This document shows positions 1 through 7,932 of a DNA stretch of 46,164 nucleotides, piece after piece (position 1 is the first letter of the stretch; the number at the start of each line of letters is the position of its first letter). The stretch spans positions 1 to 46,164 of the forward strand of contig NZ_JALNWM010000001.1 in assembly GCF_023230885.1 (NCBI RefSeq). Direction: 5' to 3'. Under the pieces are notes generated by a model. The model was not told the DNA's origin. It did no database searches and saw only the letters and a list, made by a program, of their open reading frames with translations. Source of the stretch: Desulfocurvus sp. GTDB lineage: Bacteria > Desulfobacterota > Desulfovibrionia > Desulfovibrionales > Desulfovibrionaceae. Position numbers and translations under genes: made by a program.

Positions 1-428
1 ACGGCCCAGTCCGCGCCGCTCGCCGCAAGGGCCCCGGCCACGGCGCGGCAGGTGGCCGGGCGGACCAGGGGCGTGTCGGCCGGGAGCACGAAAAAGGCGT
101 CCACCTCCGGCCCCAGGGCGGCCATGCCCGTGGTCATGGACCCGAACATGCCCTCGGCGTAGCGCGGGTTATGCACCGGGCGGGCCCCGGCGCGCCGGGC
201 CAGGGCGCCCACGGTGTCGGCCTCGCGGCCCGTGACCACCACCACCTCGGCGGCCCCGGCCTCGCGCAGGCAGGCCACGGCGCACTCCAGCACCGTGGCC
301 GTACCCAGGGGCAGGGCGGGCTTGAGCCGCCCCATGCGCGAGGACAGCCCTGCCGCAGGCACCACGGCGCCCAGGCGCAGGCCGTCCGGAACGGCGGGGA
401 AGCCCGGCCCGTTCTGCGCCGCGATCAT
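1..428 (-). CDS. MocA-like nucleotidyltransferase (molybdenum cofactor cytidylyltransferase family, DVU_1551-like); 3' end runs off the window
   Basis: Not in the ORF track; translated by hand from the ATG at 428 (ATGA overlap with the xdhC stop): MIAAQNGPGFPAVPDGLRLGAVVPAAGLSSRMGRLKPALPLG...HNPRYAEGMFGS...FFVLPADTPLV. The AAGxSxRMG..K, NPxYxxGM and DxP motifs are typical of the MobA/MocA family. Confidence 0.85.
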   Translation of the reverse strand, partial: MIAAQNGPGFPAVPDGLRLGAVVPAAGLSSRMGRLKPALPLGTATVLECAVACLREAGAAEVVVVTGREADTVGALARRAGARPVHNPRYAEGMFGSMTTGMAALGPEVDAFFVLPADTPLVRPATCRAVAGALAASGADWA

Positions 429-1495
429 TTGCCGCCCTCGGCCGCCGCGCGGCATTGCACCAGTTCGGCCACGATGCTCACGGCGATTTCCTCGGGCGTA
501 CGCGCGCCGATGGCCAGGCCGATGGGGCAGTGGCAGCGGGCGATGGCCGCGTCGGCCACGCCCTCCTCGCGCAGGGCGGCATACACGGCGTCGCGCTTGC
601 GGGTGCTGCCGATCATGCCCACATAGCGCGCCGGGGTCTTCAGGGCGGCGGCCAGCACGGTCTTGTCGTGCAGGTGGCCCCGGGTGACGATGACCAGCGA
701 ATCGGCCTCGCCTACCTCCAGGCCCTCCAGGGCCCGGTCCAGGGAGGGCGGCACCAGCACGGCGTCGGCGTCGGGGAAGCGCTCCCGGTTGGCGAACTCG
801 GCGCGGTCGTCCAGAACCACGGTGCGGAAGCCCGCGATGCGCGCCACCTGGGCAGTGGGCCGCGAGACGTGCCCGGCGCCGAAGATGAACACGGCGGGTT
901 GCGGGGCCAGAGGCAGAGCCGCCAGCAGGCCCCCCGGGCCGGGGACGGCCTGGGGCCGCCCCGATGCCTGGGCCTGGGCCAGCACCGAGGCCAGGGCGGC
1001 GGCGTCGCGCCCGGGCCAGGGTGGCGGGGTCTGCCCGGGGGCCAGGGCGGCCCGGGCCGCGACGCGCAAGGCCCCCGGCCCCCGGTCCTGCGGGGCGTCG
1101 TCCAGGGCCGCGAGCAGCGTCACGCGCCGCCCCTGGCGCAGGGCGTCGTCCAGGGCCGCGAAGACCGGGGCGTCGGCGCCGCCCAGGCGCTCCAGCAGCA
1201 CGGTCACCCGCCCGCCGCAGACCATGTCGGCCTTGGCGGCCAGTTCGTTGTCCAGCTCGTGGCGTTGCAGCAGGGCCGCGGCCGGGCCCCGGGAGAACAG
1301 CTCCCCGGCGGCACGCATGGCCCGGGCCTCCAGCAGGCCGCCGCCCACGGTGCCCTCGATGCTCCCGTCGGGCCGCACGGCCATCATGGCCCCGGCTCCG
1401 CGCGGGGTGGAGCCGCTGCTGGAGACCACGGTGGCCAGCACCAGTTCCTCTCCCGCTTCCAGCGCCGTGCGCACGGCGCGTAGGCAATCGTTCAT
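425..1495 (-). CDS. xdhC: XdhC/CoxI family molybdoenzyme maturation factor
   Basis: C-terminal part of ORF 425..2527; start MNDCLRAV at 1495 (ATGA overlap). Motifs: GSTPRGAGAMM, GTVGGGLLE, MVCGG, IFGAGHVS, DDRAEFAN, VTRGHLHD, YVGMIGS, PIGLAIGARTPEEIAVSIVAE. Confidence 0.92.
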   Translation of the reverse strand: MNDCLRAVRTALEAGEELVLATVVSSSGSTPRGAGAMMAVRPDGSIEGTVGGGLLEARAMRAAGELFSRGPAAALLQRHELDNELAAKADMVCGGRVTVLLERLGGADAPVFAALDDALRQGRRVTLLAALDDAPQDRGPGALRVAARAALAPGQTPPPWPGRDAAALASVLAQAQASGRPQAVPGPGGLLAALPLAPQPAVFIFGAGHVSRPTAQVARIAGFRTVVLDDRAEFANRERFPDADAVLVPPSLDRALEGLEVGEADSLVIVTRGHLHDKTVLAAALKTPARYVGMIGSTRKRDAVYAALREEGVADAAIARCHCPIGLAIGARTPEEIAVSIVAELVQCRAAAEGGK

Positions 1496-2781
1496 GACGT
1501 TTCTCCGTGGTTTGTCCGGGGCATGGCCCGTTTGGCGAAGCCCGGGGCGATGCGCCCGTCGCGCGCGGCGACCCGCACCACAGGGCGCGGGACGCCCCAG
1601 GGCGGGGCCGCCAGGACGCGGGCCGCGGCCCGCGCGGGGTCCGCCGCGCCGGGCGCGAGGTACAGGTCCAGTCGCAAATCTTCGGGGTCCGGCCCCCGGC
1701 TCAAGGCATAGTCCAGGACGCCCGCCAGGGCCAGCAGTTCGGCGTCCAGGGCGGCGCGCCCCGGTTCGCCGCCTGCGGCCAGCCGCCCGGGCACCGTGTC
1801 CAGCCGCCGCAGGGGGCTGCCGCAGGGGCAGGCCCCGGGCAGCAGGCGCCCGGCGTCGCCGCTGCGGTAGCGGATGAGCGGCATGGCCCGGCGGCCCAGG
1901 GTGCTGATCACGATTTCGCCCCACTGGCCGTCGGCCACGGGCGCGCCCGTGGCCGGGTCGGTGATTTCCACCAGCAGGTCGGCCTCGCGCAGGTGCATGC
2001 CCGGGCCCTGGCCGCAGCCCACGGCGCCGCCCAGCCCGGTTTCGGTCATGCCCCAGTGTTCGTGGACGGCGCAGCCCAGCAGGGTTTCCACGCGCCGGGC
2101 CAGCCCCGGGGGCGGCGTGTCCCAGCAGAGCAGCGCCCGGCGCACCGGGCCGGGCCCCGGGCTCCGGGCCGCCGCCAGCCGCGCCAGTGCGTGGACGTGG
2201 ACCGGCGTGCCCACCAGCACCCGGGCGCCGGAGCCTTCCAGCAGGGCCAGGGCCGCCGGAACGTCCCAGGGCTCGGGGCAGCACAGGCAGCGCCCGCCCA
2301 GGGCCTCCACGCCCCGGGCCAGGAGTCGGCCCACGCCGTCCTGGCTGGCGCCCGGCAGCAGGGCCAGCACCGTGTCGCCGGGGGCGGCGAGCAGCTCCAT
2401 GCCGTGGCGGAAGAAATCCACCGTGGCGTCCAGGTCGGCCCGGGTGAAGAACAGGCGCTTGGGCGCGCCCGTGGAGCCCGAGGTGGACAGGGTGACCACC
2501 CGGGCCACCTCGTCCTGGGAAGTGCACAGCAGGCGCTCGGGCGCCTGGCGCAGGGTCTGGGCGTCCATGCGCGGCAGGCGGGCCAGGTCGGCCGGAGCGC
2601 GCAGGGTGGCGGGGTCCGCGTCCGCCAGGAGCTGGCCGTAGAAGGGGCTCTCGCGCCGGGCCAGGGTCACGGTTTCGCGCAGGCGGGCCATCTGCCAGGC
2701 CGCAAGCTCTTCGGGGCCGGGGGGCGGCCCCGGGGCGGGGCGGCCCATGCGCCGGTTCAGCCAGCGGTCAAGGGGCGTCAT
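1492..2781 (-). CDS. PaaK-like AMP-dependent CoA ligase (DVU_1553-like)
   Basis: Adenylate-forming P-loop STSGSTGAPKR, plus HWGMTETG, GEIVISTL, MPLIRYRSGD and CPCGS motifs of the phenylacetate-CoA ligase family. Confidence 0.85.
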   Translation of the reverse strand: MTPLDRWLNRRMGRPAPGPPPGPEELAAWQMARLRETVTLARRESPFYGQLLADADPATLRAPADLARLPRMDAQTLRQAPERLLCTSQDEVARVVTLSTSGSTGAPKRLFFTRADLDATVDFFRHGMELLAAPGDTVLALLPGASQDGVGRLLARGVEALGGRCLCCPEPWDVPAALALLEGSGARVLVGTPVHVHALARLAAARSPGPGPVRRALLCWDTPPPGLARRVETLLGCAVHEHWGMTETGLGGAVGCGQGPGMHLREADLLVEITDPATGAPVADGQWGEIVISTLGRRAMPLIRYRSGDAGRLLPGACPCGSPLRRLDTVPGRLAAGGEPGRAALDAELLALAGVLDYALSRGPDPEDLRLDLYLAPGAADPARAAARVLAAPPWGVPRPVVRVAARDGRIAPGFAKRAMPRTNHGETS

Positions 2782-4141
2782 GGCTGGTGCGGCGGCCAGC
2801 GGTGCTCCTGTGCAGCGGCGAGCCGTCCGTGGCCGTGAGGTTGTAGGCGCAAAAGGGAATCAGCCGTCCGTCGGGCGCGGCCACATGGATGCAGCAGCCG
2901 CGCAGGCGCTCCAGGTCCAGGGTCCAGGCGTCCTGGAAGGCCATGCCCGAAACGGCGAAGATGTGCGTGCGCGCCCGGGCCAGGAAGCGGTCCAGGTCGT
3001 CGGCGGGCCCGGCCATGGGCAGGGCCGCGCCCCGGGGGGCGGCCCACTGGCGGGCCACATAGGCCTTGGCCTTGTCCGCGCCCTCGGCGGCGGGGCGCGG
3101 GGCGCAGCAGTTCCCGCCCCCGCGCGACAGGCGCGTCAGGCCGCCGTCCTCGCCCACAAGGTAGCTGGCGTTGAAGGAGCACAGGGCGTGCTCGCAGCCC
3201 GGGGGCGAAAAGTCGGCGGCGCGGACGAGCCCGCCGGTCTGGGCCTCCAGGGCGGTCATGACCTCGGGCAGGGTGATGCGCGCCGCGTCGGCCGGGGGGC
3301 CCGGGTGGCGCCCGAAATAGCTCACGGGCTGGAAGTGCACCCCGCGCACCCCCGGAGCCCGTTCCACGCCCAGGCGCAGGATGGCGCCCAGCTCGGTGGC
3401 GTTGACCCCCGGAACCACCGTGGGCACCAGGACCACCCCCACCCCGGCGCGCGACAGGCGCTCCACGGCGGCGAGCTTTTCTTCCAGCAGGGGCCGCCCG
3501 CGCAGGATCTCGTAGGGCCGCTGGGTCACGCCGTCGAATTGCAGGAAGGCCGAATCCAGCCCGGCGGCGGCCAGGGCCTCGGCGTAGCCGTCCTCGCGGG
3601 CGATGCGCAGGCCGTTGGTGTTGAGCTGCACGAAGGGGAAGCCCGCGCCCTTGGCCAGGGCCACCAGGGCGGGCAGGTCGTCGCGCACCGTGGGTTCCCC
3701 GCCCGAGAGCTGGATATTGCACGGCCCGGAGTGGCGCATGACGCCCTCCAGCAGCCGGGCCACGGCCTCGGGGGTCGGGTCGGGACGCGGGGTTTCGCCC
3801 GCGCTGGCGAAGCACAGCGGGCAGGTCAGGTTGCAGCGCCAGGTGACCTCCACCAGGGCGGTGCAGGTGTGCTGGCCGTGGTCCGGGCACAGGCCGCAGT
3901 CGTACGGGCAGCCCCGGGCCCGGGGCGTGGCGGGTTCGGCCGGGGGCGAGGGCGTCTTGGGCCGCAGCCAGCCCTCGAAGGCCGGGGCCCCGCGCCACAC
4001 GGGCGTGGAGAACTCGCCGTGGAGCGGGCAGGCCTTCACCAGCCGGGTCACCCCGTCGGCCGTCTCGCGCCGGGCCGGGATGGTCCTCAGGCAGACGGGG
4101 CAGACGCTGGCCGTGGGCTGCCGGGCCTCGGGGGCGCTCAT
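2768..4141 (-). CDS. trsS: Radical SAM protein, TrsS-like / Tes (MJ0619)-like, with auxiliary Cys motifs
   Basis: Start MSAPEARQ at 4141 (ATGA overlap). CxxxCxxC = CNLTCPLC; SGGEPT; N-terminal CPVC...CPLHG; GCPYDCGLCPDH; C-terminal GCCIHV...LIPFCAYN. Confidence 0.88.
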   Translation of the reverse strand: MSAPEARQPTASVCPVCLRTIPARRETADGVTRLVKACPLHGEFSTPVWRGAPAFEGWLRPKTPSPPAEPATPRARGCPYDCGLCPDHGQHTCTALVEVTWRCNLTCPLCFASAGETPRPDPTPEAVARLLEGVMRHSGPCNIQLSGGEPTVRDDLPALVALAKGAGFPFVQLNTNGLRIAREDGYAEALAAAGLDSAFLQFDGVTQRPYEILRGRPLLEEKLAAVERLSRAGVGVVLVPTVVPGVNATELGAILRLGVERAPGVRGVHFQPVSYFGRHPGPPADAARITLPEVMTALEAQTGGLVRAADFSPPGCEHALCSFNASYLVGEDGGLTRLSRGGGNCCAPRPAAEGADKAKAYVARQWAAPRGAALPMAGPADDLDRFLARARTHIFAVSGMAFQDAWTLDLERLRGCCIHVAAPDGRLIPFCAYNLTATDGSPLHRSTAGRRTSHDAP

Positions 4142-4602
4142 GCCGGGCGGCCCTGGGTGGGGTCGATGCCGTTTTCGGCCAGCAGGTCCAGGGTCCGCTC
4201 GAAGGTCTCGGCCACGATGGCCCCGCACACGGCCCGGTCGGGCGCCGTGCAGTCCCCGCCGGTGATGGCCCCGCAGTGCACCCCGCCGTGGCGCGCGCCC
4301 ACGGTTTCCCGGAACCAGTCGTTCAGTTCGGCCAGCATCAGCGGCAGGCGGTCGTGGGGCTGCTCCCCGGCCTGGCCCCGGCCCGCGTGCAGCCCAAGGA
4401 CCAGGGCCGCCCCGGTCAGGGCGCCGCAGGGCCCGGCGCAGTCGCCCGCGCCCAGGCACAGGCCCTGGGCGGCGCGCACCAGGTCGGGGTTGTCCCGCCC
4501 CAGGTCCTCCAGGGCCAGGAGCACGAAAATCTGGGCGCAGCAGAAACCGGCGCCCGCCAGCCGCGCCATGCGCAGGGAGGTGTCGCTCATCGTGTCGGTC
4601 AT
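4138..4602 (-). CDS. C-GCAxxG-C-C family putative redox protein (DVU_1555-like)
   Basis: C-terminal part of ORF 4138..5265 from MTDTMSD (ATGA overlap at 4599-4602). Motifs: GFCCAQ, GPCGALTGA, CGAIT, VCGAIV. Confidence 0.85.
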   Translation of the reverse strand: MTDTMSDTSLRMARLAGAGFCCAQIFVLLALEDLGRDNPDLVRAAQGLCLGAGDCAGPCGALTGAALVLGLHAGRGQAGEQPHDRLPLMLAELNDWFRETVGARHGGVHCGAITGGDCTAPDRAVCGAIVAETFERTLDLLAENGIDPTQGRPA

Positions 4603-5333
4603 CTCGGTTCTCCGGGTTTGCGGGCCAGAAGCAGGAAATAGCCGCGCCGCGCCGCGCACCCCGGGGCCGCGCCGCACAGGGCCAGCCGGGCCGCCAGCTC
4701 CCGGGCCAGGGCGCCGTGGTCCTCCACGGCCACGGGGTCGAGCCCGGCGGCGCGCACCAGGGCCGTCACCCCGGCCACAGTCATGGCCCCGGCGACGCAG
4801 GACGGGGCCGCGCCGCCCGGGGCGGCCTTGGACCGGGGCGCGCCCGGGGGCAGGCAGAGGTCGGCCAGGGCCAGCGTCCCGCCCGGGGCCAGCACGCGGG
4901 CGAATTCCCCCAGGGCCGTCGCCGGGTCGGGCACCAGGGAGAGCACGCATTCGCACAACACCAGCCGCTGGCTGCCCGAGCGCACGGGCAGGGCCTCGGC
5001 CACGGCGCGCGCCAGGGGCAGCCCGGGTGCCGCAGGGGCGCCGAGCTGCCCGGGGTCGGGCTCCAGGCCCACGGCCCGGGCGCCGTGGCGACTGCGCAGC
5101 CGGGCCACGCTGGCCCCGCTGCCCGCGCCGACATCGAGCACCGGCCAGCCGGGGCGCAGCCCGGCCAGGGCCACGGCGCGCTCGGTCAGCGCGAAGCCCC
5201 CGGGGCGCAGGGTCGGCCCGGCGGCGGCGCGCACGGCCGGGTCGCGCCACGAGGGCACGGCGCACGGCGCGGCCCGGGGGGCGGGGCCGAGGTCGGGGCC
5301 GGGGCCGGGGCCGGGGCCGGGGCCGGGGCTCAC
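4599..5333 (-). CDS. Class I SAM-dependent methyltransferase (DVU_1556/TrsM-like)
   Basis: GTG start in a GTGA overlap. LRPGG, SAM motif I VLDVGAGSG, AEALP, ECVLSL, RVLAPGG, SCVAGA. Confidence 0.85.
   Translation of the reverse strand: MSPGPGPGPGPGPDLGPAPRAAPCAVPSWRDPAVRAAAGPTLRPGGFALTERAVALAGLRPGWPVLDVGAGSGASVARLRSRHGARAVGLEPDPGQLGAPAAPGLPLARAVAEALPVRSGSQRLVLCECVLSLVPDPATALGEFARVLAPGGTLALADLCLPPGAPRSKAAPGGAAPSCVAGAMTVAGVTALVRAAGLDPVAVEDHGALARELAARLALCGAAPGCAARRGYFLLLARKPGEPR
5294..5329. repeat. Tandem hexamer repeat (GGGGCC) x about 6, encoding (Pro-Gly)n at the methyltransferase N-terminus
   Basis: Sequence cggggccggggccggggccggggccggggccggggc read directly. Confidence 0.9.
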
Positions 5334-5545
5334 TTGTCCTCCAGGAGCTTTTCCACTTCGAGCATCTTGCCCAGAGCCAGGTCCTCGGGCACCAGGGTCA
5401 GGCCGCAGGCCGGGCAGCGCGGCAGCTCCACCTCGAAGCGGCTGCCCATGTATTCCAGGACCGCCGGGGCCATGACCAGGGACTGTCCGCAGGCCGCGCA
5501 GCGCCAGCCGGAGTAGTCGCCGTCCAGAACCTTCAGGGTGCTCAT
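5330..5545 (-). CDS. Small 2xCxxC putative redox/metal-binding protein (DVU_1557-like), 71 aa
   Basis: Tail of ORF 5330..7900: MSTLKVLDGDYSGWRCAACG...RCPACG...GKMLEVEKLLEDK. ATGA overlap with the upstream gene and a GGGAGG RBS upstream. Confidence 0.85.
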   Translation of the reverse strand: MSTLKVLDGDYSGWRCAACGQSLVMAPAVLEYMGSRFEVELPRCPACGLTLVPEDLALGKMLEVEKLLEDK

Positions 5546-7860
5546 GCGGGGCCTCCCATGATCTGCATGCGGTGGCTCCAGGCCTTGTGGACCAGGAATC
5601 CGCCCGCGCCGTCGGGCTCGTATTCCACCCAGTAGGTCACCGGGCCGGGGCGCAGGCTGGCCAGGTGGCGGCCCGTGGCGGCGTCGACCAGGGCCCGCCC
5701 CGTCTCGCGGGCATGCAGGATGACCTTTTGCAGGTCGGTGGTCAGGATGCGCCGGTCCTGCATGGCCCGGGCGGCCTCGGGGGCGATGGTCAGGGCCAGG
5801 GCCTCGTGGGCCGGGCGCGGCCCGGGCTCCTCGGCCCACAGCCCGCGCAGCAGGCCCTCGCGCAGGCGCACGCGGTTTTCGCGGCGGGCGGAGTGCCCGG
5901 GGGCCGGGCGCGCCGCCGGGTCGGGCTCCTCGCCCGGGGCCAGCAGGTCCAGCAGGTGCAGGGCGCGCTTGCCCGCGCGGGCGAGCATGTCGCGGCACAT
6001 GGCGCAGGAGGTGACGAAGTCCTCCTGGGCGGCCCGGGCGCGCCGGGCGGCGACCTGGGCGCCCAGGGCGGGGTTGGCCGCGTCGAGCAGGCCGCCGAAG
6101 CCGCAGCACTCGGTGTATTCGCCCGTGAGGGCTGGCTCCACCGTCGTGCGGCCCAGGCGGTGCAGCAGCTCGCGCACGGCCTGGCGCTGGGCCGGGTCGT
6201 GGCGCGACGCGCAGGGGTCGTGCACGGCCAGGGCCTCGCCGGATGCGGCCCCGGGGGCCGGGGCGCCGGGCCCGGCCAGGGCCGCCCACAGGGTGCCGAT
6301 GCGTGCCTCGGGCAGGACGCGGCGCAGGGTCAGGACGCAGGTGGGGCAGGCGACCACCAGCTCCGGCCGGCCCAGGGCCAGCCAGTCTGCGCGCAGGGCC
6401 TCGCCCGTCTGGGCGAGGAGGGCTTCGCGTCCGGCCCAGTGCGCCGGGGCGCCGCAGCAGCGCAGGAGCAGCCCCGTTGGCCCCGGCAGGGCCGCGCGCG
6501 CCAGGGCGTAGGCCCGCTCCACGGCCCCGGGGTCCGAAGCCGGGAGCTGGCAGCCGGGGAAAAAGGCGAAGGCGCTGGCGTCCTGGCCGGGGGCGTGGCG
6601 GGCCAGGGCGCAGTCCGGCCCGCAGGCCTGGGCCATGTCGTCCAGGGCGAACTCGTGGGCCGAGGGCGGCATCTTGCCGCGCTCGACCATGTCGCGCCGC
6701 GCCGTGAGGCACAGCCCGCCCATGTCGAAGTCCTCGGGGCACACGGTTTCGCACAGCCCGCAGATCATGCAGGAGTTGAGCATGGTGTTGGCCTGGCGCA
6801 TGCCCATGACGATGGAGGCGTTGTTGTAGATCTGGCGTGCGTAGGTCTTGGGGTAGCCCTTGTAGTGCTCCAGGTAGGCGCAGCGGCGCACACACTGCAT
6901 GCACTCGCAGCGCAGGCAGCGCGCGGCCTCGGCCCGGGCCCAGGCGGCGTCGGCGCCTTGGGCGGGCAGGGGGGCCGGGGGAGCGGGGGCCACGCCGTCC
7001 AGGTCCGTGGACAGGCGCGAGTCGAAGGGGCCCTCGCGTTCGCGCCCCGCCGTGAGGGACGCGCCCTGGGTGAAGCGCTCGATGGAATTGGCCGCGCGCC
7101 GCCCCAGGGCCGCCAGCAGCGCCGGGGACGGGGGCGCGCCCGCGGCCCCGCCCGCAGGCAGGGGCGCGGCAAACAGGCCCAGGCGGGTGGTGCCCAGGGT
7201 CAGTGCGTCGGGCTCGCCCAGGCCCAGGGCCTGCGGGCTCAGGGTTTCGGGGTCCGCGAACACGGCGTCCACGCCCTCGGGCAGGGCGTGGGGGTCGTCC
7301 TCGCGGGCGGCCAGGGCCGGGCTGGGGTCGGCGCCGGTGCGCAGGGCAACGCCCATGCGCTCCAGGGCGGCCAGGGCTTCGGCCAGGGCGGCCTCGGGCA
7401 GCTCGTCGCCGTGGCGGGCGAGCAGGGCGCGGCCCGGGTCGCGGGCCGCGAGGGTCACGGCGTAGCCCTTCCTGGCCAGGTCCCAGGCGCAGGCCAGCCC
7501 GGCCAGCCCGTCGCCGAGCACCAGGACGGCCTTGCCCCGGGCGGGCAGGGGCCGCACGGGCGGGGTGCGCGTGGCGGCCCGGGCCAGGAAGCGCTCCAGC
7601 GCGCCCATTTCCACTGCGCCGCCCAGCCCGGAGCGCAGGCAGGCCGCCCGGCAGGGCGCGTCGCAGATGCGGGCCATGACCCCGGGCAGGGGCAGGGTGC
7701 GGCAGGCCGTGGCCCAGGCCGCGTCCACCCGGCCTTCGGCCAGGGCCGTGCACAGGCCCCGGGCGTCCAGGTGCAGCGGACAGGCCGCCTGGCAGCGCGG
7801 GGGTTCCTCCTGGGTGCAGCGGGCCTCCCACTGGCGCAATTCCTTTTGGTCCATGCCCAT
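5542..7860 (-). CDS. Pyridine nucleotide-disulfide oxidoreductase / 4Fe-4S dicluster / CCG-domain protein
   Basis: GltD-like N-terminal Cys motifs (CQAACP, RICDAPCRAAC); GDGLAG dinucleotide motif; CLRCECMQCVRRC and CMICGLCETVCP ferredoxin motifs; CCG-domain signatures FFPGC, CCGAP, HDPC, CCGFGG. Confidence 0.88.
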   Translation of the reverse strand: MGMDQKELRQWEARCTQEEPPRCQAACPLHLDARGLCTALAEGRVDAAWATACRTLPLPGVMARICDAPCRAACLRSGLGGAVEMGALERFLARAATRTPPVRPLPARGKAVLVLGDGLAGLACAWDLARKGYAVTLAARDPGRALLARHGDELPEAALAEALAALERMGVALRTGADPSPALAAREDDPHALPEGVDAVFADPETLSPQALGLGEPDALTLGTTRLGLFAAPLPAGGAAGAPPSPALLAALGRRAANSIERFTQGASLTAGREREGPFDSRLSTDLDGVAPAPPAPLPAQGADAAWARAEAARCLRCECMQCVRRCAYLEHYKGYPKTYARQIYNNASIVMGMRQANTMLNSCMICGLCETVCPEDFDMGGLCLTARRDMVERGKMPPSAHEFALDDMAQACGPDCALARHAPGQDASAFAFFPGCQLPASDPGAVERAYALARAALPGPTGLLLRCCGAPAHWAGREALLAQTGEALRADWLALGRPELVVACPTCVLTLRRVLPEARIGTLWAALAGPGAPAPGAASGEALAVHDPCASRHDPAQRQAVRELLHRLGRTTVEPALTGEYTECCGFGGLLDAANPALGAQVAARRARAAQEDFVTSCAMCRDMLARAGKRALHLLDLLAPGEEPDPAARPAPGHSARRENRVRLREGLLRGLWAEEPGPRPAHEALALTIAPEAARAMQDRRILTTDLQKVILHARETGRALVDAATGRHLASLRPGPVTYWVEYEPDGAGGFLVHKAWSHRMQIMGGPA

Positions 7861-7871
7861 CGGCGCCCTCC

Positions 7872-7918
7872 CAAAAAAGAAGGCGGCGGCACTGCGGCAA
7901 CCCGCAGCGCCGCCGCCT
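7872..7918 (-). terminator. Rho-independent terminator immediately after mop
   Basis: On the minus strand: AGGCGGCGGCGCTGCGG-GTTG-CCGCAGTGCCGCCGCCT (17-bp stem, one G.U pair) followed by TCTTTTTT. Confidence 0.75.
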
Positions 7919-7932
7919 GTTTCATGGTTTGC

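Noticed and set aside
425..5545. Further selenoproteins among the mop accessory genes, which all end in TGA
   Set aside because: Each TGA is at a plausible C-terminus and overlaps or lies just inside the next gene's start, which indicates coupling. The Cys motifs are complete without read-through.
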